NCBI RefSeq assembly: GCF_964194025.1
Contig: NW_027449238.1
Location: 1 to 54,385, forward strand
Source of the DNA: Convolutriloba macropyga
Taxonomy: Eukaryota
Direction: 5' to 3'
DNA: 54,385 bases
Part shown: positions 1 through 9,620 of the stretch, in pieces
Layout: the number at the start of each line of letters is the position of its first letter
Position numbering within the stretch: the first letter of the stretch is position 1
Position numbers and translations under genes: made by a program
Notes under the pieces: model-generated
What the model saw: only the letters and a program-made list of their open reading frames with translations
What the model was told of the DNA's origin: nothing
Databases searched by the model: none

Positions 1-70
1 CCACCGACTCCTGGACTGCCTGACTCGGCTCCCCCGAAGCAGATGAAGCCGAAGTTGGCTCCCCCGAAGC
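1..70 (-). mobile_element. Fragment of an inverted copy of the same copia family (integrase-RT linker, SGEP-repeat region), interrupted by an LTR at ~71
   Basis: 1-70 closely matches ~30383-30452 of the minus-strand copia (ccgactcctg..ctgcctgactcggctcccccga..gcagatgaag..gaagttggctcccccgaag). Confidence 0.85.
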
Positions 71-986
71 GGTCGTGCAGGACGAGTACAGGTACTGTAT
101 GGGTACTAAACTGTTGTTGTACTGATCTGTACTGGTACTCGTACTAAATTGCAGATGCGCTGCTTGTAGGGTACGATACTCGTACGTACCATACAGTACG
201 GTACCGATATGCATGTGTGCTGTGTTTTGACTTGTGAGTAGTTGTATGTGTACTCGTACCAGTAGGGTACGTTTACATGTCGCTAATCACTCTGACTAAA
301 GTACTGTAGGGTGAATACTGCAATCTCCGGAGATGGTGAGATTATTAGTAGTATTAGAGACCGTACGATCTACATCGGATGGTCAGGAGTGTCTGTCAGT
401 GAAACTGCAAGACAAGAGCCTGTAGGCTAAGTAGGATACTCAATATGCGCGAGTGCCGAAACTGTGTAAACCATCTTGATTTGTCACAAACACTCACATA
501 CTTCAACAGGTTATGGGCCCTCTACTCTCCACTACGCTATACTTCTGACTACAGCGAGACTTCTTCGAGACTTCCTGACTTCGAGGCTTCGAGACTTCCT
601 GACTTCGAGGCTTCGAGACTGCAGAGACTTCCTGACTTCCTTCCTTCGAGCCTTCTTCTTCAGACGTATCTTCCTGTGGAGAGCTTCGACTACGAGTGTG
701 TAGAGCTGTCGACTTCGTGATCGAGATCGAGATCGAGTGTTTTCTTGCGAGTGCTGCGAGTTGTGCAGCTGGGCAAGGAGTGGCGACGAGCACGAGACCT
801 GCTGTCTGTGGTTACTCCTCTGCCTGTGTTTCTGGGCGGTGCTATGTGTCGAGTGCCTGCCAATCTGTGCGCGAACCCTGCCTTGTCGGCCCTGTCGAGC
901 GTTGGGACGTCTTTCCGAGTGGCGTTCCTGTTGCTGCTGTTCGGCCTGTTGGCAGTGGCGCTACTGTCCGTGACCGCGAGTATATG
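71..986 (+). mobile_element. Truncated copia copy 0: diverged LTR (~71-508), PBS (509-520) and 5' UTR, cut off by copia copy 1
   Basis: LTR starts ggtcgtgcaggacg (family consensus tgtcgtg) and ends cttcaaca; followed by ggttatgggccc and leader repeats; sequence switches to a new LTR at 987. Confidence 0.9.
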
Positions 987-1000
987 TGTCGTGCAGGACG

Positions 1001-1360
1001 AGTACAGGTACTGTATGGGTACAGCATTGTGTTGTACTGATCTGTACTGGTACTCGTACTATTTTGCAGATGCGGTGCTTGTAGGGTACGATACTCGTAC
1101 GTACCATACAGTACGGTACCGATATGCATGTGTGCTGCGTTGTGAGTAGTTGTACGTGTGTACTCGTACCAGTAGGGTACGTTTACATGTCGCTAATCAC
1201 TCTGACTAAAGTACTGTAGGGCGAATACTGCAATCTCCGGAGATGGTGAGATTATTAGCAGTATTAGAGACCGTACGATCTACATCGGATGGTCAGGAGT
1301 GTCTGTCAGTGAAACTGCAAGTCAAGAGCCTGTAGGCTAAGTAGGATACTCAATATAAGC
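1001..1360 (+). promoter_or_regulatory. LTR U3 with 18 GTAC tetramers (1001-1276) and a TATA-like caatataag (~1351-1359); similar in the other LTR copies
   Basis: Hand count of GTAC; TATA-like box ~60 bp before the LTR end. Confidence 0.6.
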
Positions 1361-1420
1361 GAGTGCTGAAATTGTGTAAACCATCTTGATTTGTCACACA
1401 CACACTCACATACTTCAACA

Positions 1421-1432
1421 GGTTATGGGCCC
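1421..1432 (+). promoter_or_regulatory. Primer-binding site GGTTATGGGCCC, complementary to the anticodon stem-loop of initiator tRNA-Met (half-tRNA priming)
   Basis: Abuts the LTR end directly; same PBS type as Drosophila copia, Ty5 and Volvox Osser; also at 509, 10055, 21658 and (minus) 33279-33290. Confidence 0.88.
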
Positions 1433-1465
1433 TCTACTCTCTACTACGCTATACTTCTGACTACA

Positions 1466-1555
1466 GCGAGACTTCTTGGAGACTTCCTGACTTCGAGACT
1501 TCCTGACTTCGAGGCTTCGAGGCTTCGAGACTTCCTGACTTCCTTCCTTCGAGCC
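1466..1555 (+). repeat. Short tandem repeats in the copia 5' leader (gagacttcctgacttcgaggcttc-type units), variable between copies
   Basis: Unit number and order differ between ~556-650, 1466-1555 and ~21704-21790. Confidence 0.75.
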
Positions 1556-1963
1556 TTCTTCTTCAGACGTATCTTCCTGTGGAGAGCTTCGACTACGAGT
1601 GTGTGGAGCTGTCGACTTCGAGATCGAGATCGAGTGTTTTCTTGCAAGTGCTGCGAGTTGTGCAGCTGGGCAAGGAGTGGCGACGAGCACGAGACCTGCT
1701 GTCTGTGGTTACTCGTCTCCCTGTGTTTCTGGGCGGTGCTGTGTGTCGAGTGCCTGCCGATCTGTGCGCGAACCCTGCCTTGTCGGCCCTGTCGAGCGTG
1801 GAGACGTCTTTCCGAGTGGCGTTCCTGTTGCTGTTGTTCGGCCTGTTGGCAGTGGCGCTACTGTCCGTGACCGCGAGTACCTGCACGTGTTTCGGTGCCT
1901 GTCTGCTGCTCTTCGACCTATCGACCGATCTTGTTTCGTCTGCCTGATTCTCCTCGCGACATC

Positions 1964-4900
1964 ATGGCCGAGACCGTGAAGGTGCCGACGTTTTCGGGCA
2001 AGGCCGCCGACTTTCCTGTCTTCCGAACCAAGTTCACTGCTTACGCCGACGCTCTGGGGCTCGGAGGTGTGTTGGACTGCGAGGACGACGTCACCACGGC
2101 CCAGCAGAAGCGGCTCTACAGCCTGCTGGTCCTGGCCCTGCCTGAAGCTGCCCTCCATGTCATCCGCAAGGTCGAACGCAAGTCTGTCACTGCTGGCAAC
2201 GATGCGTGGGAGGCCCTGCTGCACCGCTACGAGCATGACGGCATCCACCGGCGCGGTGACCTGCTGAACGCCCTGGATGAGAAGCAGCGCCCCGAGGAGA
2301 CCTGCATGGACTTCTTCAACCGCCTCGTGGATCTTCAGGCACAGCTTGGGCGAGTCGATGAGGAGGTGCCAGATCGCCGCCTGGTGATGAACATCATCCG
2401 AGGTCTGCGCCCCGAATATGCCGCCATGACCGACACCATCAACGAGAGAGACTCTGCGGTGACAGTGGAGTTCATGGAGACCCTGCTGGCTACCACTGGA
2501 CAGCGCATCGAGCGCCGCCTGGGTGAGCAACGCGAGCCTAAGCCTGCTGCTACAGCGTTTCCTGCGTCTGGTGAGGAGCCCGAGGATCTGCGGAGCATGA
2601 TGCAGAAGCTGAAGCAGGAGGTGGCAGCTCTGACAACCTCCAGACGCCGCAACGGGGGAGGCAGTGAGTTCAAGGGCACCTGCTGGCACTGCGGCGAGTC
2701 TGGACACCGTCGCAAGGACTGCCCCAAGAAGAGCACTCCCAGCGCCAATGCTGCGGACCTGGAGGACTCCAAGGCTGTGGCGTTTCCTTCAGTGGCTCTG
2801 TCTGGCACGGGCTCCAAGGTGGCTTCACTGGTGCAGGGCGAGGTGGAGACCTGGATGTGGCTGGTGGACAGTGGCGCCAGTCATCACATGACCAGCGTAC
2901 GCGAGGACTTCGTCGAGTTCCGACCCATTCCACAGCAGTGGGTGAAGGGCATCAGCGCCTATGCTACAGGCATGGGATCTGTCCGACTGACGATGCGAGC
3001 CGAAGATGGGGAGGTAGTTCCTGCTATGCTGCACGACGTCTACTTCGTGCCGGACCTGGCGGCGAGAGCAATGAGCAGTCACCACCGCCTCTTCAGCGTC
3101 ACCCAGGCCAGGCAGCGCGGCCATCGGATGGTGTTCGAAGATCCGTGTGATGTGCTGTGTGTGCATGAGAGACATGGAGGCGGCATTCGAGTGCCACTGC
3201 GGCGTGACTTCGGGCTGGTGTGGCTGGCTGCTGGCATGACCACCCGCAGTGCCGACGTCTCGGCCTGTCCTGCAGCAGCCCCGCCAAGCAAGCCCCTCTG
3301 GCACCTTCGGCTTGGTCATCTGAGTGAGTCTTGCATGGACCGGATGCGGCGCGCTGGAGCTACTGGCCTGACCTTCGATGCTTCGGAGCGGTTGTGCTTC
3401 TGCGAGTCATGTGCCGTCTGCAAGTCCCGAGTGAAGGCCATTCCGCGGGAGCCGTGCGCAGATCCGGAACGTGTCTTCCAGCAGGTTGGCGTGGACTTCT
3501 GCGGGCCGATGACTGTGCCAGCGCTAGGAGGCGGGCGGTACAGCTTCTTGGTGACGGACTTCAAGTCGCGCATGCTGCTGCATGATGTTCTGCGGACCAA
3601 GGACGAGGCGCCGAGATCCTTCCGAGGTGTTCTGGACGCTGTGCGCAAGCTTGGGCACAGAGTGGAGCATGTTCGCCTGGACAATGACAGCGTGCTGCTG
3701 GGGACCGACTTCATGACGGTGCTGCAAGAGCATGACATCACCCATGACCTCATCGCGCCGTACTCACACTGGCAGCACGGCCGTGTTGAGCGGCAGTGGG
3801 GCACCTTGGTGCCGATGGCCCTGGCGATGCTGCACACTGCAGGCCTGGAGAAGTGCTTCTGGGGCCTGGCCATGAATGCCGCCGTCCACATGCGCAACCG
3901 ATCGTGGAGCGAGGCCGCTGGAGGACCGCCGCTTGAAATCGTTACCAAGTGCCCAGTGGATCTCAGTCGTCTGCGTGTCTTCGGGTGCCCTGCATATGTC
4001 CACATCGACAAGTCTCGTCGGCGCAAGCTGGACGACCGCGCGTGGAGAGGCATCTTTGTGGGCTATGCTACAGACTCGCCGGTGTGGCTGGTGTACAACC
4101 CGCGAACTCGGCGAGTGGAGCGCAGCCGCAACGTGGACTTCGATGAGATGGCGCTGATGGGATCCGTCAGCGTGGGGGAGAAAGCGCCGTCTGCTAAGGA
4201 CGATGACGGAGTCCCAGTGTTCTTCGAGGAGCCTGTGGAGCGCTCTGGCGGCGACACCACTTCGGGGGAGCCAACTTCGCCTTCATCTGCCTCGGGGGAG
4301 CCGAGTCAGGCAGTACAGGAGTCGGGGGAGCCAAGTCAGCCTGCTGTTGAGCTCCGCCGCAGCTCGCGCGCCAGACAGCCGCCGACTGAGTGGTGGATCA
4401 GCCAGCCTGCTGTCAACCTTGCTGCTGCTGCCGGAGCCGTCCCTCATCAGGAGCCGGCCTCGTACAAGCAAGCGCTGCGGAGCCCGCAGGCTGAGCAGTG
4501 GAAGGCTGCCATGGAGACTGAGTACGACGCGCTGACGTCGCGCAAGACTTGGAGACTGGTACCCCGACCTGCAGGACGCAAGCTGGTGGACTCCAAGTGG
4601 GTCTACAAGCTGAAGCGCAACCCTGACGGCAGTATCGCCAGGTACAAGGCTCGGCTTGTGGCCCGTGGCTTTACCCAGGAGCACGGCGTGGACTACCAGG
4701 AGACCTTCGCCCCCACGGTGAAGGTGGCGGCCATCCGAATCATACTGGCGTTGGCAGCGCACTTCGACTGGGATGTGGAGCAGATGGACGTGGTGACAGC
4801 CTTCCTGGAGGCCGACATCGCCGAGGACATCTACATGAGGCAGCCTGAGGGATACCGCCAAGTGGACCAGCATGGCGACGAGCTGGTGTGCAAGGTGTTG

Positions 4901-6004
4901 AAGTCCATCTACGGGCTGAAGCAGGCTCCACGCAACTGGAACAAGACTGTGTCGGCGTGGTTGGTGGAGTATGGCTTCAAGCAGTCGACTGTGGACCCGT
5001 GCATCTACACCTTCGCTGCTGCTGGAGACCTCTACATCCTGGCTCTGTATGTGGACGACAGCATCATGGCGGGACCGCCAGGCAGCTTCATCTCCGACTT
5101 CAAGCGGGCGTTTGGCAAGCGCTTCAACGTGCAAGACCTGGGGCCGGTGTCTTGGCTACTGGGCATGACTGTGGAGCGTGACCGAGCAGCTGGAGTCCTC
5201 AAGGTGGGGCAGCGTCAGTACATCCTCGACATGCTGGAGCGCTTCAACATGTCGGACTGCAAGCCCGTCAGCACTCCCATGACCGTGGGTGCTCTGAGTG
5301 AGGCAACTGCCAGTGAAGTGCTGTCCCCAGATGTGCCGTATCAGAGTCTCATCGGGAGTCTGCTCTACGCATCTGTCAGCACCAGGCCAGACATCACCAT
5401 GGCCGTCAGCCATCTCAGCCGGTACATGGCCCGTCCTTCCACTGTACACTGGGAGCAAGCCGAGCGAGTGCTTCGGTACCTGCAGGGCACTCTGGACTGG
5501 CAGCTGGTGTATGGAGCCGGTGAGTCCACGGCGACCTTGACAGGCTACTCAGATGCTGACTTCGCTGGAGATGCAGACGGACGACGCTCTCGCACCGCCT
5601 TTGTGTTCCTGCTGAATGGCGCGGCGGTCAGCTGGAAAAGTCAGCGACAACCCACAGTGGCGCTCTCCACTGCCGAGGCGGAGTACATGGCTCTGACGGC
5701 TGCAACTCAAGAGGCTGTGTTTCTGAGGCAGCTGTTGCAGGAGATGGGGCAGCCTCCGGCATCTGGCACACTCATCCACGAGGACAACCAGAGCTGCATT
5801 GCCCTCTGCAAGAACACCATGACCACTGGCAGGAGCAAGCACATCGAGGTGAAGATGCACTTCTGTCGTGAGAAGCAGGAGAGCGGCGAGATCGTGGTTG
5901 ACTACTGCCCGACTGAGGAGATGTTGGCTGATGGTCTGAGCAAGCCGCTGGCTGGAGAGAGGCACAAGAAGCTGTTCAGGAGCGTGATGGGCTCGAGTGA
6001 GTAG
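1964..6004 (+). CDS. Copia Gag-Pol polyprotein, 1,346 aa from the first ATG (MAETVK...)
   Basis: Gag CCHC CWHCGESGHRRKDC; protease LVDSGAS; integrase WHLRLGH..CESC with D,D,E (VDFC, LDND, RVER); RT KARLVARGF, LKQAPR, YVDD; RNase H YSDADFA, AEAEY, EDNQ, LADGLSK; copia order PR-IN-RT-RH. Confidence 0.97.
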   Translation: MAETVKVPTFSGKAADFPVFRTKFTAYADALGLGGVLDCEDDVTTAQQKRLYSLLVLALPEAALHVIRKVERKSVTAGNDAWEALLHRYEHDGIHRRGDLLNALDEKQRPEETCMDFFNRLVDLQAQLGRVDEEVPDRRLVMNIIRGLRPEYAAMTDTINERDSAVTVEFMETLLATTGQRIERRLGEQREPKPAATAFPASGEEPEDLRSMMQKLKQEVAALTTSRRRNGGGSEFKGTCWHCGESGHRRKDCPKKSTPSANAADLEDSKAVAFPSVALSGTGSKVASLVQGEVETWMWLVDSGASHHMTSVREDFVEFRPIPQQWVKGISAYATGMGSVRLTMRAEDGEVVPAMLHDVYFVPDLAARAMSSHHRLFSVTQARQRGHRMVFEDPCDVLCVHERHGGGIRVPLRRDFGLVWLAAGMTTRSADVSACPAAAPPSKPLWHLRLGHLSESCMDRMRRAGATGLTFDASERLCFCESCAVCKSRVKAIPREPCADPERVFQQVGVDFCGPMTVPALGGGRYSFLVTDFKSRMLLHDVLRTKDEAPRSFRGVLDAVRKLGHRVEHVRLDNDSVLLGTDFMTVLQEHDITHDLIAPYSHWQHGRVERQWGTLVPMALAMLHTAGLEKCFWGLAMNAAVHMRNRSWSEAAGGPPLEIVTKCPVDLSRLRVFGCPAYVHIDKSRRRKLDDRAWRGIFVGYATDSPVWLVYNPRTRRVERSRNVDFDEMALMGSVSVGEKAPSAKDDDGVPVFFEEPVERSGGDTTSGEPTSPSSASGEPSQAVQESGEPSQPAVELRRSSRARQPPTEWWISQPAVNLAAAAGAVPHQEPASYKQALRSPQAEQWKAAMETEYDALTSRKTWRLVPRPAGRKLVDSKWVYKLKRNPDGSIARYKARLVARGFTQEHGVDYQETFAPTVKVAAIRIILALAAHFDWDVEQMDVVTAFLEADIAEDIYMRQPEGYRQVDQHGDELVCKVLKSIYGLKQAPRNWNKTVSAWLVEYGFKQSTVDPCIYTFAAAGDLYILALYVDDSIMAGPPGSFISDFKRAFGKRFNVQDLGPVSWLLGMTVERDRAAGVLKVGQRQYILDMLERFNMSDCKPVSTPMTVGALSEATASEVLSPDVPYQSLIGSLLYASVSTRPDITMAVSHLSRYMARPSTVHWEQAERVLRYLQGTLDWQLVYGAGESTATLTGYSDADFAGDADGRRSRTAFVFLLNGAAVSWKSQRQPTVALSTAEAEYMALTAATQEAVFLRQLLQEMGQPPASGTLIHEDNQSCIALCKNTMTTGRSKHIEVKMHFCREKQESGEIVVDYCPTEEMLADGLSKPLAGERHKKLFRSVMGSSE

Positions 6005-6448
6005 CGAGGGGGAGTGTCGTGCAGGACGAGTACAGGTACTGTATGGGTACAGCATTGTGTTGTACTGATCTGTACTGGTACTCGTACTATTTTGCAGATG
6101 CGGTGCTTGTAGGGTACGATACTCGTACGTACCATACAGTACGGTACCGATATGCATGTGTGCTGCGTTGTGAGTAGTTGTACGTGTGTACTCGTACCAG
6201 TAGGGTACGTTTACATGTCGCTAATCACTCTGACTAAAGTACTGTAGGGCGAATACTGCAATCTCCGGAGATGGTGAGATTATTAGCAGTATTAGAGACC
6301 GTACGATCTACATCGGATGGTCAGGAGTGTCTGTCAGTGAAACTGCAAGTCAAGAGCCTGTAGGCTAAGTAGGATACTCAATATAAGCGAGTGCTGAAAT
6401 TGTGTAAACCATCTTGATTTGTCACACACACACTCACATACTTCAACA

Positions 6449-6982
6449 CTCTCAAAGAGAGGTGGGGGGGTAGGGTAGGGTAGAACTCATTGCTCTCCCA
6501 ATTGTTAACGGAGGGATAGTCTCAAGCAAGGTGCTGACAGACAGAGCTGTCCCTAGCACTCTCCCCTAAAAGACCCAATCTTTTCTCCCAGCGCAACGCC
6601 GAGCCACACACAGACCAGCAGCACACGGAGGACCGAGTGGAGGTGGACGACAGGGCGAGACGAGCGGCGCAAAAGGCGGTACTAGGGCGTCGTCTTCGAG
6701 AACTCTCCCAGGAGCATCTCCTACACATCCTCAAGGTCAGAAGCATAAGAATACAAGAAATAGCACAGCCGGGACCTGGCCAGCCCGGCTCCGGACCCCC
6801 TCCCAGGCCCCCTTTAAAATAACCCCTCGGGGGGCTCCCTCCTGGCCGGGTTGCCACCCCCTACCCTAAGGTTTTAAAGGCTACTAGATACGGACCACCG
6901 GCAGTGGACGTGTTAGGACGTAATGACGTCTTCATGTACCCTACACTTGTAAGGACTTCTCTCTCTCTCTCTCGCTCTACTA
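6449..6982 (+). mobile_element. 3' end of non-LTR element A, related to element B: RLE C-terminus, 3' UTR and (CT)n-CTACTA tail
   Basis: LKERWG..GRVELIALP, KRPNL and LRELSQEHLLHILKVR align with LQRRWGRVKLIGIP, KRPNL and LRSLAQEHLLHVLRAR at 19081-19400; shared 3' UTR motifs. Confidence 0.82.
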
Positions 6983-7405
6983 ATATTATAGTATATATTA
7001 TAGACGACGGGATAGCCGACAAAAACAGTAGAATCAAGTATCGTTACGGGGCCGGACCGTTGTACGCGACTAGAACATACTGATAATATACTGTATCGTT
7101 ACGCTGTGGCTCATTAGTCCCGGGTGATTCTAACGGGTACCCCGCGGCTACACTGGAGTACGCTGCACGGAGCGTCGGGGGCACAGGCGTCGTTCCACCA
7201 ACATTTGGACGGCGCGGAATACGGAAGGACGTTTAGGGGGGACTAGGGGGGCATGTTCTGGTTGGACAGGAGGGCGGTTCGTATAGTGACTTACAGAGTT
7301 GAACGCATTGGAGGCCTTTACGTTAAATGCAGCCAAGGAGTTCGGTACGCATGCCTCCTGCGCGGCCTGAATGATCCACTGGATCATATCGGTACCAACC
7401 CAACT
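6983..7405 (+). repeat. Copy 1 of a ~420-bp direct duplication (TA-rich stretch, unique segment, CRE-like RT fragment); copy 2 at 19594-20025
   Basis: gacgacgggatagccgacaaaaacagtagaatc...ccaacccaact occurs at both sites with a few substitutions and indels. Confidence 0.93.
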
Positions 7406-8375
7406 GCCAGCCGACTTTGTCACACTGGTAGGGAATTTGTATGGGGCCACCACTGCTTACCTCACAAGGTGGGGAAAAACTGGGACCATCCCGGTGAATC
7501 GAGGCACCCTGCAGGGAGACCCCCTCTCCCCTCTGCTCTTTGAACTAATGATTGAACCTCTGGTAAGATGGCTGGCTCAGGGGGGCAGAGGCTGTGCGGG
7601 ATGCTCCTCCTTCCCAGAGCACCCTAGCCAGCAAATGGTACGCAGATGATGGCACCCTAGTGGCCAACAGCCCGAGCAGCCTCCGCCTCCAACTCCAAAA
7701 GGTGGATAGGTAACGGGGAGTGGTCTGGTATACGCTGTAATGTCTCGAAATGTAGGTTGACAGGCTACGTCCACCAGCTGCAATCCCTCCCCGCTGCTGA
7801 GGCTCTGCAAGCAATTGAAGGGATGCTGGCAGATGTCACCATTGACAGCAAACGAGTCCCGGTCATTGGGCAGAATGCCCCACTCCCAGGCACTTACCTG
7901 GGCACCTGCCTCACGGCCTCACTCAGATTTTAAGGCGCATTGGCAATGGGTCCAATCTACAATCACACCAGCCTGTGAGGCGGTGGTGGGGTCCCCCGTC
8001 CCTGTCCCGATTAAACAACATATGCTCGCCTGCACCAGTAAGGCTAAACTGGCACACACGCACACTATGATGGGCCTGACAGAGGACCAAATCAGCGCCC
8101 TGGATGCCAAGCTTGCTACGTATGTCAAACGAATACACTGCCTTCCCCCGACCATGGCCACAGCGGCCGTCCACTCCCCCCAGTCCGAGCTGGGCCTCGG
8201 CTTCCCCTCTGTGAGGGAAGACTATGCTTCGGCTGCCTCCCAGATGTGGCTCTTGCTCAACGAGGGGGGGGCGTTGGGGGAGGCAGCACGGCACTCCTTT
8301 GACCGCAGCTGGCCTCAGATTTCAACCCTGGCCCGCCTCCCTAGCTTTATCTTACTGCCCGTTCCTAATGGGTAG
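7404..8375 (+). pseudogene. Non-LTR reverse transcriptase (C-terminal palm motifs and thumb), frameshifted
   Basis: LPADFVTLVGNLYG, RGTLQGDPLSPLLFELMIEPL, WYADDG (7636-7653), thumb VHSPQSELGLGFPSV. Confidence 0.92.
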
Positions 8376-9065
8376 GGTGGTGGCAGTTCTTCAGAAATTC
8401 GGGATACACACTGAAGGCCCCCCCCCCCTGTGGCGAGGCAACTCCATAGCAACCAGCTCTCACTGTTCCCCCCAGTTAGACGCCGAGGGCTGCCAGCTCC
8501 CGGACCACCCCTACCCCCCGACAAACACAATTCTAGGCCGCCTCTCACCGCTCTGGGACAGTAATGTCCTGGAGTGGCATGAGCTCTTGTATTCCCTCCC
8601 GAGCGGGCGGATAAGGGTAGTTTCCTGGCAAGAGCTAACGTCCCGGAATCCCAACCTGGTGAAGAAGACGGCGGCCCCAAAGGGCGCTGGGCTATCTCCA
8701 GGACCTCCTAACTACCGAGTCCCTGCTTCACAAAGAGGGAAGCGAACTAGTAGGAGCCTCACCCCCAACGAATACTTGGTGAGCCCTCGCTGGAGAGCTA
8801 TGCTCCCACAGGCTAGTGAACTCCCACAGGAGCCGACCCCTACCCACATTCTAGAAGCCATGGGACTGCAGCCCATCACTACTTTCTGTGTCAAGGCCGG
8901 GCCAGGGGCCGACACACGGGCTACCCGTAGTGACAGCATGCCGTCGCCTGGGCGGTCATATCAGTCTAGTGCAGTGCATAAGCGAGTCAGAAAAAGAAAA
9001 GGCAGGTGCCGAAGCTCCCCCAGGGCTGGCCCCCCCATGCAGTGCCTGAACAGTGCCCCTGGCCG

Positions 9066-9620
9066 CAAGTGGCGCAGATCACCACCCACAGAGAGGGGTG
9101 CCCTGAACCCGTGTTAGAGCCTCCCCACGGCAACACAACTGAATACTTGGTTGAATGGACCCCCTCTTACTGCAGACATATACTACAGCTCCTAGAGCAG
9201 GTAAGTGATGTGTCCTCGGATGGGGAGGCGCCTGCCACCCTCCTGCACTTCATGGAGGGGCTGAGGAACCGGTCCCCTTTGAGTTGTGCCCTTTGCGGGA
9301 ATGGCGATCACACCTCGCCACAACAAGGACTGCGGCTCTGTGTCAGGTGCCTCTGCTTGTCCCACACAGATTGTGCCCAGGCTAGGGCTGAGGCGCTGGG
9401 TGTAGCCAAGCCCACAGGTCCCAATATCTCCCAGTGGAGCTGCCCGGGCTGCCCCGCCAAAGGGAGGCGATGTCCACTCCCAGGCTTTGTTTGTTTGGTC
9501 AGCTGGGAACCATTTTGGATGGTTGGGAATGTGATAACTTCGCTCCACAAAGGCATTAAGGCCCTAGAAACCTACAATGAGAGGTACCTGACAGCCCTCT
9601 GGATGAAAAGGAGGCGCCTC
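9066..9620 (+). pseudogene. Chromo-like segment plus PHD finger of element B
   Basis: VAQITTHR..EYLVEW; C4HC3 pattern CALC..CVRC....HTDC..WSCPGC at 9285-9452; followed by SWEP. Confidence 0.7.

Larger units (their letters stand above)
987..6448 (+). mobile_element. Full-length Ty1/copia LTR retrotransposon copy 1 (5,462 bp); LTRs 987-1420 and 6015-6448; no matching TSD
   Basis: TG...CA 434-bp LTRs that appear identical; PBS at 1421; PPT gcgagggggag at 6004-6014; flanks atatg and ctctc do not match. Confidence 0.97.

Noticed and set aside
1466-1555. Leader repeats as a CRISPR-like array
   Set aside because: The units are contiguous with no unique spacers, sit in a retrotransposon 5' UTR, and there are no cas genes.
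1895-1963. N-terminal extension of Gag-Pol in the ORF track
   Set aside because: It begins at GTG; the first ATG in good context is 1964.
445-1979. Many short ORFs over LTRs and leaders, and antisense ORFs over gag-pol (e.g. 332 aa, 283 aa, 245 aa)
   Set aside because: These are shadow frames of GC-rich coding or repeat DNA. They recur only because the element is repeated and carry no recognisable motifs.
7229-7252. TTTAGGG telomere-like seed
   Set aside because: It is a single unit inside the RT relic, not an array.
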